DNA from: the human T2T-CHM13v2.0 reference genome, Homo sapiens
Direction: 5' to 3'
Assembly (NCBI GenBank): GCA_009914755.4
Contig: CP068257.2
Location: forward strand, 36,544,001-36,608,000
DNA: 64,000 nt
A model generated the notes under the pieces. The model was not told where the DNA came from and did no database searches. It saw only the letters and a program-made list of their open reading frames with translations. The position numbers were made by a program, and so were the translations under genes. Positions 14,500 to 26,420 of this stretch are shown piece by piece; within the stretch, counting starts at the first letter, position 1, and every line of letters begins with the position of its first letter.

Positions 14500-14990
14500 C
14501 ATCTAGGGCCTTGTTGACAGGAGGAAACCACCCTTCCCAAGGCTTTACTATCCCAAAGATTGTAAAGGACTTGCCCTGGAGCATGCTTTTCATATGAAAA
14601 CTAACCAATCCAGAGGCCTTACTTTGAACCACCTTCTCTCTCTGGCTCTTACACTCCAGGAGGTAATGTTCCTCTGCTCTGATCATCTCAGGACCAGGTA
14701 CCAGACAGCTAGAGACAGCCCCTATACCCTGGAGCCTATCAAAATTACTTAATCTAGCAGATCATACACCTACCTAGTCTGTTTACCCTGCCTCACCTGT
14801 TCCTTCCCATGAAAACCACAATAAAGATGTCTGCCTCTGCTTTCCCCATTTCCCCACTCTGCTTCCTTATAAACTTTGGTCCTTCCATTTGTAGCCCCTC
14901 CTCTTGGGAACTGTGAATAACAAACTATCTTGTCAGTAACAGTCATCGTCTGATTTGTTGGCCTCACCATACTGGAATAATAATAAAACC
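14500..14990 (+). mobile_element. Possible solo LTR / ancient interspersed repeat (family unassigned)
   Basis: Unit ending in cacaataaagatgtctgcctctgc ... aataataataaaacc (polyadenylation-signal-like, LTR-like architecture). No consensus recalled. Low confidence. Confidence 0.3.
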
Positions 14991-15167
14991 TATTTAAAAC
15001 AAACTGTTAGGATCGTTTTGCTTATACATTTCTTCTCTATGTGTTCTACTCAGATCCTCCCAAACTTCAGAAGTGTCAAAAAATACTAAATGCAGATTAT
15101 TAAATCTTGACCTTAATTAGGTTCCATTGTGAATTTTTTAAATAAAAAGATTGTTTTAGTATTAAAA
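14980..15167. repeat. Left arm of a ~190-bp inverted repeat
   Basis: The reverse complement of 16056-16244 matches this segment at ~97% (5 mismatches seen by eye over ~190 bp): ataataaaacctatttaaaacaaactgttagg ... gattgttttagtattaaaaa. Confidence 0.9.
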
Positions 15168-15924
15168 AAATTCTTCACAAGGGATAACAAGCACATCTTG
15201 GCTTTTGTCCCTTCTTACAGATTTTTAGCATAAGCTGAAAGAAAAATAAAACTATGGGAAAGATTTTGCCAGACAAAACAGAACAATAGGCAGAGTTCCA
15301 TGTAAAATGCCTGATTGGTGCAGGCAGCCAGTATCCTCTAATGGAAAAATTCACAAATGTAACAAAAATAAATGGTGCATCATACATTATGTTTGTCAAT
15401 ACTTTTGTGATGATTTATGCTAGAATGGCAAGCCAGAGATTGCCTAATTTTATGTCCTATGCTTTAAGACCAGCCTCCCATACTTTCCTGAACGTCTGAA
15501 GAGCTTACAAAAGGGCTTTTGCTTTGTTTTACTCAAAGAAAAGTGAACTCCTTCTCTTACTAATGATTTGAGCATTTTCCTCTCAGGAAACAAATAATAT
15601 TTAAGCAAGTGATTTAGCATGACACTATTTTTTGCTTCTAATGTAAAAGGCCTATTACTTACAAAGAAAAACTAGATATTTATAAATAAATTATTTTGTT
15701 AATAATGTGCTGTTCCTTTACACATCTTATTATCTTGTATTAATAGCTCTAGCCATACTGACATTTTTAGTTTTATCTATACATGATATTTTCTCTAAGA
15801 GGCAGATTTTAGAGGCCAGTCAAGCATTTGGATATAATTTTGTGCAAGGATTTTTTTTAATTTACAAATAATGGTATCACATACCTGAGCATCTGCAAAT
15901 AAATTGGTAACTGCTATAGTTACA

Positions 15925-16055
15925 AATAAACACACACTCATGTATGCACACACAACCATGATCATAAACATATCCCTGTGCCTCTCCCTTTTCTATGCAC
16001 ACCTCATACATATAGGGGGTATGTATGTGTATACCTGTGTGTGTGTGCGTGCATG
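15925..16055. repeat. Imperfect (CA)n...(TG)n microsatellite at the spacer edge
   Basis: cacacactcatgtatgcacacacaacc ... tacctgtgtgtgtgtgcgtgcatg. Confidence 0.7.
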
Positions 16056-16244
16056 TTTTTAATACTAAAACAATCTTTTTATTTAAAAAATTTGCAATGG
16101 AACCTAATTAAGGCCAAGATTTAATAATCTGCATTTAGTATTTTTTGACACTTCTGAAGTTTGGGAGGATCTGAGTAGAACACATAGAGAAGAAATGTAT
16201 AAGCAAAATGACCCTAACAGTTTGTTTTAAATAGGTTTTATTAT
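16056..16244. repeat. Right arm of the ~190-bp inverted repeat
   Basis: tttttaatactaaaacaatc ... cctaacagtttgttttaaataggttttattat is the reverse complement of 14980-15167. Confidence 0.9.
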
Positions 16245-16779
16245 GTTTGTGTGTGATACTCTTATCAACTAATTGGGCAGTAGATTTTGTATTATGGCAA
16301 ACATATCACTTTAGAATTTGACATGCCTGTGACTGACACCCACACTACAGCATACTTACTTCATCATTGTAACTTTGGATATTTTAACATATTTGGATGT
16401 TCATTTATTTTTACAACAGGAAGAATAATTCCTATCTCACCAAGTTACTAAGACGGTTAAATATGGCTCCACCTGCCTGAAATCCTTTTTCTCCTGACCA
16501 TCCACACTGATGTCTTCTTGTCCTTTGAATGTCGCTCACTGTTGTAGAAAGGGTAACCCTGACTAATTAGCTAACATAGCCATCTAATGACTGTTATATC
16601 TCTTGATTCATAGCACTTGTTTATGTCTGCTTTGATCATATTCATTTCATTAAATATATATCTTACTCCCTCTGTAAGAGAACAAATGCTGTGAGAACAG
16701 GACCTTGTTTGACATGTTCATTATTCTAGCATCCAGTGCCTGAAAACATGCCTGACACATAGTAGTCACTTGATCAATA

Positions 16780-16915
16780 TTTGTATGAAGGAAAGAAGGA
16801 AGGAAGAAAGGAATAAAAGGAAGAAGAGGGGTTTGGTGGGAGGGAGAAAGGGAGGGAAGGACAAAGGAGTGTGAAAAAGAGGGATGAAGGGAGGCAGGAA
16901 GAAGTTTAAATGTCC
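16780..16915. repeat. Purine-rich (GGAA/GAAGG)n simple repeat
   Basis: gaaggaaagaaggaaggaagaaaggaataaaaggaagaagagg ... gggagggaagg. Confidence 0.8.
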
Positions 16916-17287
16916 AACACAATGACTAACACATTACATAGGCACTCAATATACTTCAATTTTCTATTTTGTAATCTGTGAATTTTGGTAAGTTTCTTAA
17001 ACTCTTTAGGCCTCGCTTATCTTATCTGTAATAATGGTACATGCAGTACCATCCATTAGGATTGTTATAAGGAATAAATGGAAAACAAAGAAATAAATGC
17101 AGAGTATATTGCACTGTGCAGAACTATATACTCATTAAATATTACATATTAATATTTTTGTTACTTCCCCCAAATGATATCATCGGACACAAACTTCTGA
17201 GTTCAATTAGAATTTATAACTTACGGATATGAATTTGTTCAAATAGTGTTATATTTCCTTTTATAAAAATAACCATTTGAGATATAT

Positions 17288-17373
17288 GAAACTTGAACTC
17301 TTGGCCTCAAGTGGTTCTCCTGCCTCAGCCTCCCAAAATGCTGAAATTACAGGCATGAGCCACTATGCCTGGC
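17288..17373 (-). mobile_element. Alu left-monomer fragment (FLAM-like), antisense
   Basis: cttggcctcaagtggttctcctgcctcagcctcccaaaatgctgaaattacaggcatgagccactatgcctggcc is the reverse complement of the Alu 5' region. Confidence 0.8.
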
Positions 17374-18392
17374 CATTTGTGATGTAATTAATAAGCAATC
17401 AAGGAAATACTTAACTGTACTTATAATTATTAAGTTAATGTGACCAAAGTTAAACTTTAATACAAGGAATGTGTGAGCCCTTAACTAAAAATTATAATCC
17501 CTCTGCTTGTTTGATGGCTGAATCAAATAAACCATAAGAAAACCACTAGAAAATTATACTTGTTTTCAATACATTCTTATACTTCTGAATAGATAAAGAA
17601 GCCACCTTAAGTTTTTATTAAGAACAGTTTTTCTAACCGCAAACAAGAATAAAACAATAAGGTAAAATGCCACCAGAAAATGAAAACGTGAGTAATGACT
17701 TTCTTTTCATTGCCTGATGGGTATAGAGGGTTATTTTTTCCCGTACAGCATAGTTTAATTTTTTTTCATTTCTTATAATGAAATTACTGAGGTACTTTAA
17801 TGAAGATTTCCTGCAAAATAGATTAAAACTTACAAAGTGATACAAGATTTGTGCTTTCAGCCAGAAATTGTCTTTTAATTGGCCAGTACAAAGACAAGAG
17901 AAGCTAAGGGAAATGGAATACCATTTGTGTCATTTCCATCACACCATTTCTTATTCTCAGCACTTACTGAGTGTGTAACTGCTGAGAGATTTGCCAGGTG
18001 TTCACTCACAGATTGATAGCTCCATGTATAATTCCAAATGATAGAGATGGAGTGTTGTGTCCTCTGATAGCAGAAGCAGCAGCCACTGCCTTCCCCACAA
18101 ACCTGTCACAAAGAAATCAGTGGGGATTGGATTTTGCCCTGACCTGGATAAAAGGACACTTCATCACAGCAACAGCCTGCTGGGAGAGGAGGGAATAGAC
18201 CCTGCTCTTGCTGCTGCAGATGCCTGCAAAGGATCTTTACTTGGAGGGGTCTTGGAGCTCCTTTCTCCGCAGCTACACCAAGTGGCCAGGTATATGTGCA
18301 CATATACAGTAGCCACCTGCTTTCACTGTTGCATGTTACGCAATGAATCTCACCATGGGAGTGAAGATGCTTCTGGTTCTTCAAAGTGAGAC

Positions 18393-18412
18393 AGGAAGAG
18401 GAAGAAGAAGAA

Positions 18413-18444
<32 letters not shown>

Positions 18445-18653
18445 AGGAGGAGGAGGAGGGAAGAGAAGAAGAAGGAGGACGAGGAGGAGGAGGAGGCGGT
18501 GGCGGTGGCAGTGGCGGTGGAGGAGGAGGAGGGGGAGGAGGAGGGGGTGGAGGAGGAAGAAGAAGGAAGAAGAGGAAGGAAGAAGAAGAAAGAAGAAGAA
18601 AGAAGAAGGAAGAAGAAGAAGAAAGAAGAAGGAAGAAGAAGAAAGAAGAAGAA
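18393..18653. repeat. Long (GAA)n/(GGA)n purine microsatellite with an embedded (GGC/GGT)n block
   Basis: aggaagaggaagaagaagaagaggagga ... ggcggtggcggtggcagtggcggtgg ... gaagaagaaagaagaagaaagaagaagg. The 148-aa and 107-aa ORFs here are translations of this repeat. Confidence 0.9.
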
Positions 18654-20689
18654 GAACACTGTTTGGTGGGAGCTATATTCCAGGCTCCATAGCTGGTTAC
18701 TCCAAGTGAAGAAAATGCGGCTTCAAGAGGTTGTGAGGCTTACGTGGCAGGATGAGGGAAGTGAGGGTATGGGCATTTATGTGATGTAGCAGCAGCAGCT
18801 TGTCCCAGTGGGAAAACCTCACCCTGAGAGGTCATGGGAAATCCCGAGAACCACATAGCACTTCCCATCCTCCATCTTTCCTTTCAGTACAGTTCCCCAC
18901 AATCTCTACTACCACCCCCACCCTCTGCACCAGGCTCTTATCTACGTTTTTTGGAAAGAAGACCATCAGTTCAACAAATGAGCATAAAACAAGACTCTCA
19001 CAGCTGGAGCCTCTCCCACAGTTTGCGCTTTCTCCTGAGAGACTCTTTGATCTCTCCTGCCATTGTCTTGGGGCCATCCCAGTGGTTCTTCAGACATGCC
19101 TGAATATGTCTACATTCCACCAGCAAATGCCCAGACTGAGGGTCACACACCTACCCACACAGACACAAAAATAATCTCACTCATCAACAGTGGTGCACTA
19201 AGTCTAAGGTTACAAGGAACAGTGACACACAGGAAGTGTGCTGTCAGATAAGAGAGTTATACACTTCAAGGGACAACCAAAGTGGACTCTGATGAGGACC
19301 TGCATGGAAGGGTCCTGGTGTCTGTGCGTGAACACTGGAGGGACACTTAGGTCTGTGAGGCCTCAGGAAAGGCTTCTGAAAGCAAGAGGCCCTGAACTGA
19401 AACAGCTAGGTGTCTAAGTGTTCTGTGGCTGAAGGCAAGAAGCAAGGACAATCTAGGTACAGGGAAGCTGACAAGGGAAGGCTCAGAGGCAGAAAATACT
19501 TGGGTGAATCCAGAGCCCCCATCTCGCTTAATATGAGAAAAACCTAGAATCCCATGCAGGGAGTGGCAAGAAACCAAGCTGCAGTATCAGCAGAGACTGA
19601 GTCATAAAGGGCACTGAGGGACATAGCAGGAAGCTCAGATTTTGAACTGACAGAAAAAAAGAGTCCCTGATAGACTCAAGTTTCTCTCTCAGATTGATAG
19701 CTTCATTTATAAACCCAATGATAGAAATGGAGTATTGTCTTTGAATAATAGGAGCTATCACGATTATACTGTAGAGCTTTTGGAAGGCTACCCTGGAGGC
19801 AGTGTAACAGAAGGTCAGAAATTAAGAGGGTCACCTGATGAGGCTACTGCAATAGTCCAAGGGGATGATGGTTTGGGCCTGGACTAAACTATGGCAAGTA
19901 GGGATGGGGAGTAGATACCAAGAGGAGAGTAGCAGGTAGCAGGGCCAGATGACGGCCTAAATCGAGGGGTACAAGAGAGCTTGCATGAAATAAACAATCA
20001 GCCCTGGCAGGACTGACTGGGACTGCCCTTGCAGGACGAAGAGAGGAAGGGTTAAAACTACATGTCTTGAGGCTATTTGCCAATGTCCTTAGGAAGCAGG
20101 GAGTATGGCTAATGGAGCTTTTAGTCCTAATTAGCCAAAACTGGGATCCTGCCAATTTTAGAGGCTTTCAAGGGGCATGCTTCAAGGAAGAGTCCCCCTG
20201 AGCTTAAGTAATGAGTGATGGCCTGCCATCCAGCCCAGGGGCAATGTCTCTAACCCTGGGTCATGCCAGAATTATACTCCCTTGACTAAACACATCAGTT
20301 TATCCAGGACCCAACATATTTCATTTTATTTAATATTCCCCCAAACCCCAAGTAGATGTACTTACTACTCATTTCACAGATAAGGAAACAAGCTTCAGGA
20401 GAAGCAAGGCCATTTTTCACATAGTTGGTAAGCATTCAAAACAGTATTCGAATGCTGGCCTGTCTGATTCCTGGGTTTTATTCTATCCACTATGTACAAT
20501 ATCAGAGGGGTCCATGTGTTTCTCTTCTGGACAGAGAAAAGAGTGAGGAGACCTCAACAGTGGACACTAGCCTCCACAATTCAGAATGAAGTAACCTGGG
20601 ACTTGCAGAAGAGGGAATCCACATTGTTTCAGTTAGGTAGCATTTGGTGACAGTGATAACAATGATAATGAAAACAGCAGCAACTAATA

Positions 20690-20945
20690 TTTACTGAGTG
20701 CTTCATATGCACTAGACATTGCTCTAACTCATGTAATCCACCCAAAAACCTACAGAAATAGGTATTGTCATGATGTCCAGATTGTTGAGTGAAATAATTT
20801 TACAGATGAGGAAATGGGCCCAGGAGAATTAAATAACTCTTCCAATTGACAAGGTAGAGGTGGAAACAGCATGGAAATTCAGGCATCCAGCTTCAGAGCT
20901 CACTCTCCTAACCACTATATTATGTTCTCTATGGTCAGGTTGAAC
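20690..20945 (+). mobile_element. MIR SINE
   Basis: atttactgagtgcttcatatgcactagacattgctctaactcatgtaatccacc ... attttacagatgaggaaatgggcccaggagaattaaataactcttccaa ... cagagctcactctcctaaccactatattatgttctc follows the MIR consensus end to end. Confidence 0.85.
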
Positions 20946-21869
20946 ACAGTAGTTTGCCTCATGTTCCTTTATGGTTTGTGAATGCGGCTGAAAAGTCCCA
21001 CAATCACTAAAAGACAAAACACAGTCAAGCTTTTTATTCTTCCTTCAAAAAAAAAAAGTTGATGGGAAAGGGTGATAGTACACACATAGGGTCCGGCAAT
21101 AAATCATTTTTTCCCTCCCGTTTCACAGTGAAGGGCATAGGAATGAAATGAGCTTTTAGAATTCCTGAGAATCATAGGCACTCCACCCTAACCACAGATG
21201 CTGGAAGCTGCATTATGATATGTATTACATTCAAATGTGGGAACCCAGGGCTAATTTTAAGCAACAGTTCAAGCTGGATGTAATTAAAACCTGCAGCATT
21301 CTACTTCTGGAAATGACTAAGAAGCTTGTATCGTACTAATCCTCTCACAGGTGACAATTGTAAACTATAGCCAAGTTTAAAACATTATTTGAAGGCACTG
21401 AAGAAGGAAGAAATGCAGGCTGAATGTGGAATAGAGTCAGCCTTCAACAAAGAAAACTGCACTGTATGTAAATGGATTTTGCAGGGTGTTTCACCTGAGA
21501 ACACAGCCCTGTCTGCACAAGATGAAGTGGCTGAGCTCCTGCAGAAATATGCAGTCTTCCTTGTTTGAGAAGTCAGAGTATGGAGTTCATAACTGGAAAA
21601 ACTTCTGGGGTGTGAGGTGGGTAGGAATGCCAAAAAGGAGGATGTCAAGGAGGGGGGATCCCCCAAATCTGTGTGCAGACTTTGCCCCAGTTCCTGGCTG
21701 ACTACACACGCATAAACTGCGCATGCATGTGGAAAATGTCAAGGGTCCTAGAAGGAGGCAGCAGATGGAGGACAGAGGGAATTGAGAGGAGATATCAACT
21801 GCAGTCCCCCACAGACAGGCAGCCAACTTCACCACCCTCTAAGGCAGAACTCAACACTCTGACCAAGTC

Positions 21870-22400
21870 TCTAAAACAAAACATTTACAAAGCCCATAGT
21901 AAAATAAAATATTGGTAGACATGTGAAGAAATAGAAAAATGGGACTCAAAAAAAGAAAAGCAGTCATTAGCAACCACTTCTAAAGAGACCAAAAGTTTGG
22001 AGTTATGAGAGAAGGAGTGCACAGCACCTATGAAGAGTATATGCAAAGATATAAAGGAACACGGGGTCATGGTGAGGGTCAACTGGGAATCCTGGCAGGA
22101 GAAAATAAATATATATACATAAAGAAATAATTATAGAACTAAAAATCAAAATGTCTGAGATGAAAAATTCAATTATTTTCCTTAAGAGCAGATTGGAGAA
22201 AGCAGAATAATAGACAGAGACAAATAGAAAGCAAGTAAGAACTTGATAGACATGAACCTAATGATATAATTCATTACATAAATGTAGATGGAGTAAACAT
22301 TTAAACTAAAAGGTATAAATGATCAGACTGTACAAAAATATAAGACTAAACTATATGCTGTTTTTCTTAGTGATGGTTCTCTAGAAAAACAGAGCCAATA
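21870..22400 (+). mobile_element. Ancient L1 (L1M-type) internal fragment
   Basis: Words typical of the L1 ORF1-end/ORF2-start region (ataattatagaactaaaaatcaaaatgtctgagatg...; gactaaactatatgctgtttttc resembles L1 'cccaactatatgctgcctacaagagac'). Family and extent are uncertain. Confidence 0.4.
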
Positions 22401-22800
22401 GGATGTGTGGGTGTGGATGTTGAGGAGAGAGAGAGAGAGAGAAAAAGAGAGAGAGAAAAAAAAGAGAGAGAGAGAGACTTATTTAAAGAAATTGGCTCAT
22501 GTTACCTTGGAACCTGGCAAGTCTAAAATCCGCATAGTAGGCCAGCAGGCTGGAGACCCAGGAAGAATTAATGTTGCAGCTCTGGTTCAAAAGCAGATGG
22601 CAGGTAGAATTCCTTCTTCCTTGGGTGGGGAACTTCCATCTTTTTCTCTTAAGGCCTTCAACTGATAAGAGGATGCCCACCCACATTATAGAAGATAAAC
22701 TGCTTTACTTAACGTCCCCTGATTTCAATGTTAATCTCACCCAAAAACTGTCTTCACAGCAACATCCAGTCTAGTGTTTGACCAAATATCTGGGTGCCAT
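22370..22800 (+). mobile_element. Ancient interspersed repeat (family not assigned; recurrent mammalian repeat with 'tctagaaaaacagagccaatagg ... ggaattggctca ... gcccacccacatt ... aaatatctgggtgcc' landmarks)
   Basis: Matches a repeat I recognise from many human loci but cannot name with confidence. Confidence 0.4.
22421..22490. repeat. (GA)n microsatellite
   Basis: gagagagagagagagagaaaaagagagagagaaaaaaaagagagagagagag. Confidence 0.9.
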
Positions 22801-24329
22801 GACCTTGCAAAGTTTATGTTAAAGCATAAAATTACAGAACCTTTTTATCCCCTTATAGTCTTGGCTCATCTTTATGTTTTTGAATCTCATAACTGCTTCT
22901 GTTTGATCACAGCTTGATTCACTGATCTTATTGCATGGAGGCATTGCCTTCTTTTATTCTATTGAGAATGGAAAATTGTTTCCAAAATAATTTATTTCTG
23001 GCTTTTCTATAAATCATTTTGAAAAGTCTCTGTGCTTCTCTGAGTCTTCAGGGATACTGATTCTTTCAACTTTTTGAATCTTTTGTTCAAATCAGGACTG
23101 TATTGATCTTTTTCTTTTAGATTCATTCTTCACAAAAGAAACATTTATCTAGACTTGACAAAAGCCTAGAGAAAAATGTGTTAATTGCCCTTTCATAGTT
23201 GATTAGATTACTGGTTATATTGGTCAAGGCTCATAGTGGAAGAAAGTAGAATGCACTCTATTTGATCTGAAAAGAAAGTGATGTATCAGATGGAATGATG
23301 AACCTTACAGAATCTCAGTGAGGCCCAGGGCATAAGGTTTAATTATCACATAATCAAAAATACAGCAATCAAAGGAAATGCCCAACCACCTATGGAACTG
23401 TTTCTGTTGCTGCTGCCTACTGCTCAGTACCTAAGTTTCTAGGAATCAGACTTCAGAAACTGCCAGACCTGCAACGGGAGAATGAACGTTTCTGTCACGA
23501 ACCATGGCCACTGGCTCCCATTGTTCACACCCTCCTGGTCTCATGTGGACATCTGCTTGGCAGAATCTAAGCCACATGCAAAATCTTCTCTGCTAAGTAC
23601 GGTTTTTAGTCTCCTGGCATCTGTTATACTAGAAGGTTCAGTAGAAGGAAGTGGGAATGGCAGCGGAGTGAGCCAGTGAAAAATCTGCTGCACTAAACAA
23701 TCTCAGTGCTGGATGGAATACCCACATCTCAAATCCAAGGTCTAGAAGACCTTTATCCATGGTGGCTTCACTGTAAATGAGTGGACCTCTCATCATGTCA
23801 CTGATTTTCTGGGACTCTATACTAAAGAAAGATTTTTTAAAAATTGCAATTCCTTCTTATATCAACTCCAGGGCTCCTCCTTCCTGCATCTTCCTCCACA
23901 AAGCTTTATTTTCTTAAATGAAATGTGTCACCAGCAATCTCTCCCCAAACCTTCCACACCACAACTCACCATACTCACTAGATTTTTGAGAATCTTAGTC
24001 TTGAGTGAAAATACAAGTGTGTGGGGAAAAAAAGGAGAAGTAGATTCTGACCACCAACACAGTAGAAGACGAGCCACATGGTTTCCAGGCTGGCACAGAT
24101 CCTGGGTACATGAGCTGGGAACAGACTTGATGCAGGGATAATTTTGGGTAAATTAATTGACCTGTTTAAGGATATTTGGAATAAGTTACCTATAAGCAGA
24201 ATTCTAGAGGTAATGTCCTATGATTTTATAAAATCTGGAAGTCACTCATTTACATATTGGAAATTCTTTTTCTTGACAAAAATGATTCATGACTTCAACA
24301 AATGGTGCTAGAACAACTGGATGTCTATG

Positions 24330-24732
24330 TTCAAAAGAATGGTGGAGTACCCCTTCTTCACTCCACACATCAAAACCATCTCATTGTTCAATTCCCACCT
24401 ATGAGTGAGAACATGCAGTGTTTGGTTTTTTGTCCTTGTGATAGTTTGCTGAGAATGATGGTTTCCAGCTTCATCCATGTCCCTACAAAGGACATGAACT
24501 CATCATTTTTTATGGCTGCATAGTATTCCGTGGTGTATATGTGCCACATTTTCTTAATCCAGTCTACACCTGGGACTGTTGTGGGGTGGGGGGAGGGGGG
24601 AGGGATAGCATTAGGAGATATACCTAATGCTAAATGATGAGTTAATGGGTGCAGCACACCAACATGGCACATGTATACATATGTAATAAACCTGCACGTT
24701 GTGCACATGTACCCTAAAACTTAAAGTATAAT
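24330..24732 (+). mobile_element. Young L1 (L1PA-like) 3'-end insertion with a 5' inversion
   Basis: 24380-24548 is antisense L1 (cccacctatgagtgagaacatgcagtgtttggtttt ... tatggctgcatagtattccgtggtgtatatgtgccacattttcttaatccagtcta). 24550-24732 is sense L1 3'UTR (ggggtggggggaggggggagggatagcattaggagatatacctaatgctaaatgatgagttaatgggtgcagcacaccaacatggcacatgtatacatatgtaa...aaaaaaa). The head-to-head junction is at ~24548-24555. Confidence 0.85.
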
Positions 24733-24899
24733 AATAAAAAAATCTCTGAAAATATACCCAAGACCTAGATGTAAAAATTAAAACTATAAAACTTTTAGAA
24801 GAAAACATAAGAGTAAATATTTGTGATTTTGAGTTAGGCAATAGCTTTTTAAGATACAACACCAAAAACACAAGGGAAAAACAAAACAAAACAAAACAA

Positions 24900-25870
24900 A
24901 ACAAAATCAGTGAATTGAACTTCACCAAAACTAAATGGGACAACATATTTAAAAATCACATATCTGATAAGGGACTTGTATCCAGAATGTATAAATGATA
25001 CCACTTGCAACTCAGCAATAAAAAGACAACCCAATTAAAAGCAGACAAATAATTTGAACAGACATTACTACAAAAAAGAAATACTAATGATCAATAAGCA
25101 CATGAAAGATGTTCAACATCATTAGTCTTTCAGGAAATGGAAACCACAAGACATCACTTTACACCCACTAGAATAGCTCAAAAAGAAAAGGCAGACAATA
25201 ATAAATGTTGTCAAGGATATGGTGAAATTGGAACTCTCATTCATTGCTAATGGGAGTAAAAGAGTGCAGTCAATTTGGAAAACAGTTTGGGAGTTCTTCC
25301 AAAAGTTAAACATAGAGTTACCATATAATTCAGCAATTCTCCTCCAAGAATACTAAAAACATGTGTCCACACAAAAATTCACACATTAATGTTCATAGTA
25401 GCATTATTCATAATAGCAAATAAGTGGAAACAGCCCAAATATCCATCAACTGATAAATGGATAAATAAAATGTGGTATATTTATTAACTGAAATATTATT
25501 TAGCAATAAAAAGAAATGAAGTACTGATTCATGTTGAGCATCAGTGAATCTTGAAAACATGATGCTAAGTGAAAAGAGCCAGTCACAAAAGACCACATAT
25601 CACATGATTCAATTTATATTAAGTGTCCAAAATAGGTAAATCTATAGAGATAGAAATCAGATTTATGCTTGACAAGGGATTGTGGAGGAGGGGGCAATGG
25701 GAAGTGGCTACCAATAGGTGTGGTGTTTCTTTTTGGGGTAATGAAAATGTTATAAAATTAGATAATGTTGGTAATTGTACAACTTTGTGAATATACTCAA
25801 AATCACTGACTCATACACTTTAAAAAGGTGAATTTCATGGTGTGTTAGTTATATCTCAAAAAGGCTATTA
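24900..25870 (+). mobile_element. Old L1 (L1M/L1PB-type) 3'-end fragment
   Basis: cagcaattctcctccaagaatactaaaaacatgtgtccacacaaaaattcacacattaatgttcatagtagcattattcataatagcaaataagtggaaacagcccaaatatccatcaactgataaatggataaataaaatgtggtatat ... matches the conserved ORF2 C-terminus/3'UTR of older L1 subfamilies. Confidence 0.8.
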
Positions 25871-25989
25871 GAGATTTACTGGAATTTCACAAAAATAATT
25901 GCTTATTTAATGCAAGTTTATTCATGATATTCACATTATTTGAAGTATGAAAGTTCATTGTTTGAATTAATTAAAAATTAAAACAACAT

Positions 25990-26420
25990 ATCAAAATGTG
26001 TGGGATACAGATTTAAAGAATCTAAATTTTCATTTTAAGATATAGAAAATACAAGCAAAAGAAAATTAAACCCCCAATAGAAAGAAGACACAATAAACAT
26101 AAAAGTAAAAATAAATGAAATAAAAACTAAAATATAATGATAATGATGATGATAATAATAATAATGGTAATAATAGTAACATGAATGAATCCTGCAGCTG
26201 TTTTTTTTTAAATGAATAAAATTGATAAAACTCTCACTAGACTTATGCAGAAAAAAAGAAAGAAGACACAAATTACCACATTAGGAGTAAAAGAGGAGCA
26301 TCACTACAGATCCTATAGACTTTAAAAGGATCATAGGAAATATTATGAGCTGCTTTATTCCAATAACTTCAACAACCTAAATGAAATGGATAAATCCTCT
26401 GTCATAATGTTACCTTGCTT
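25990..26420 (+). mobile_element. Old L1 internal fragment with embedded (ATG/ATA)n microsatellite (26140-26185)
   Basis: aaattgataaaactctcactagacttatgcagaaaaaaagaaagaagacacaaattaccacattaggagtaaaagaggagcatcactacagatcctatagac resembles the L1 region 'aaattgataaaactctagccagactaattaagaaaaaaagagagaagaatcaaatagacacaataaaaaatgataaagggg'. Confidence 0.6.

Noticed and set aside
18343-18789. 148-aa and 107-aa ORFs rich in E/R/K/G
   Set aside because: Translations of the GAA/GGA/GGC microsatellite.
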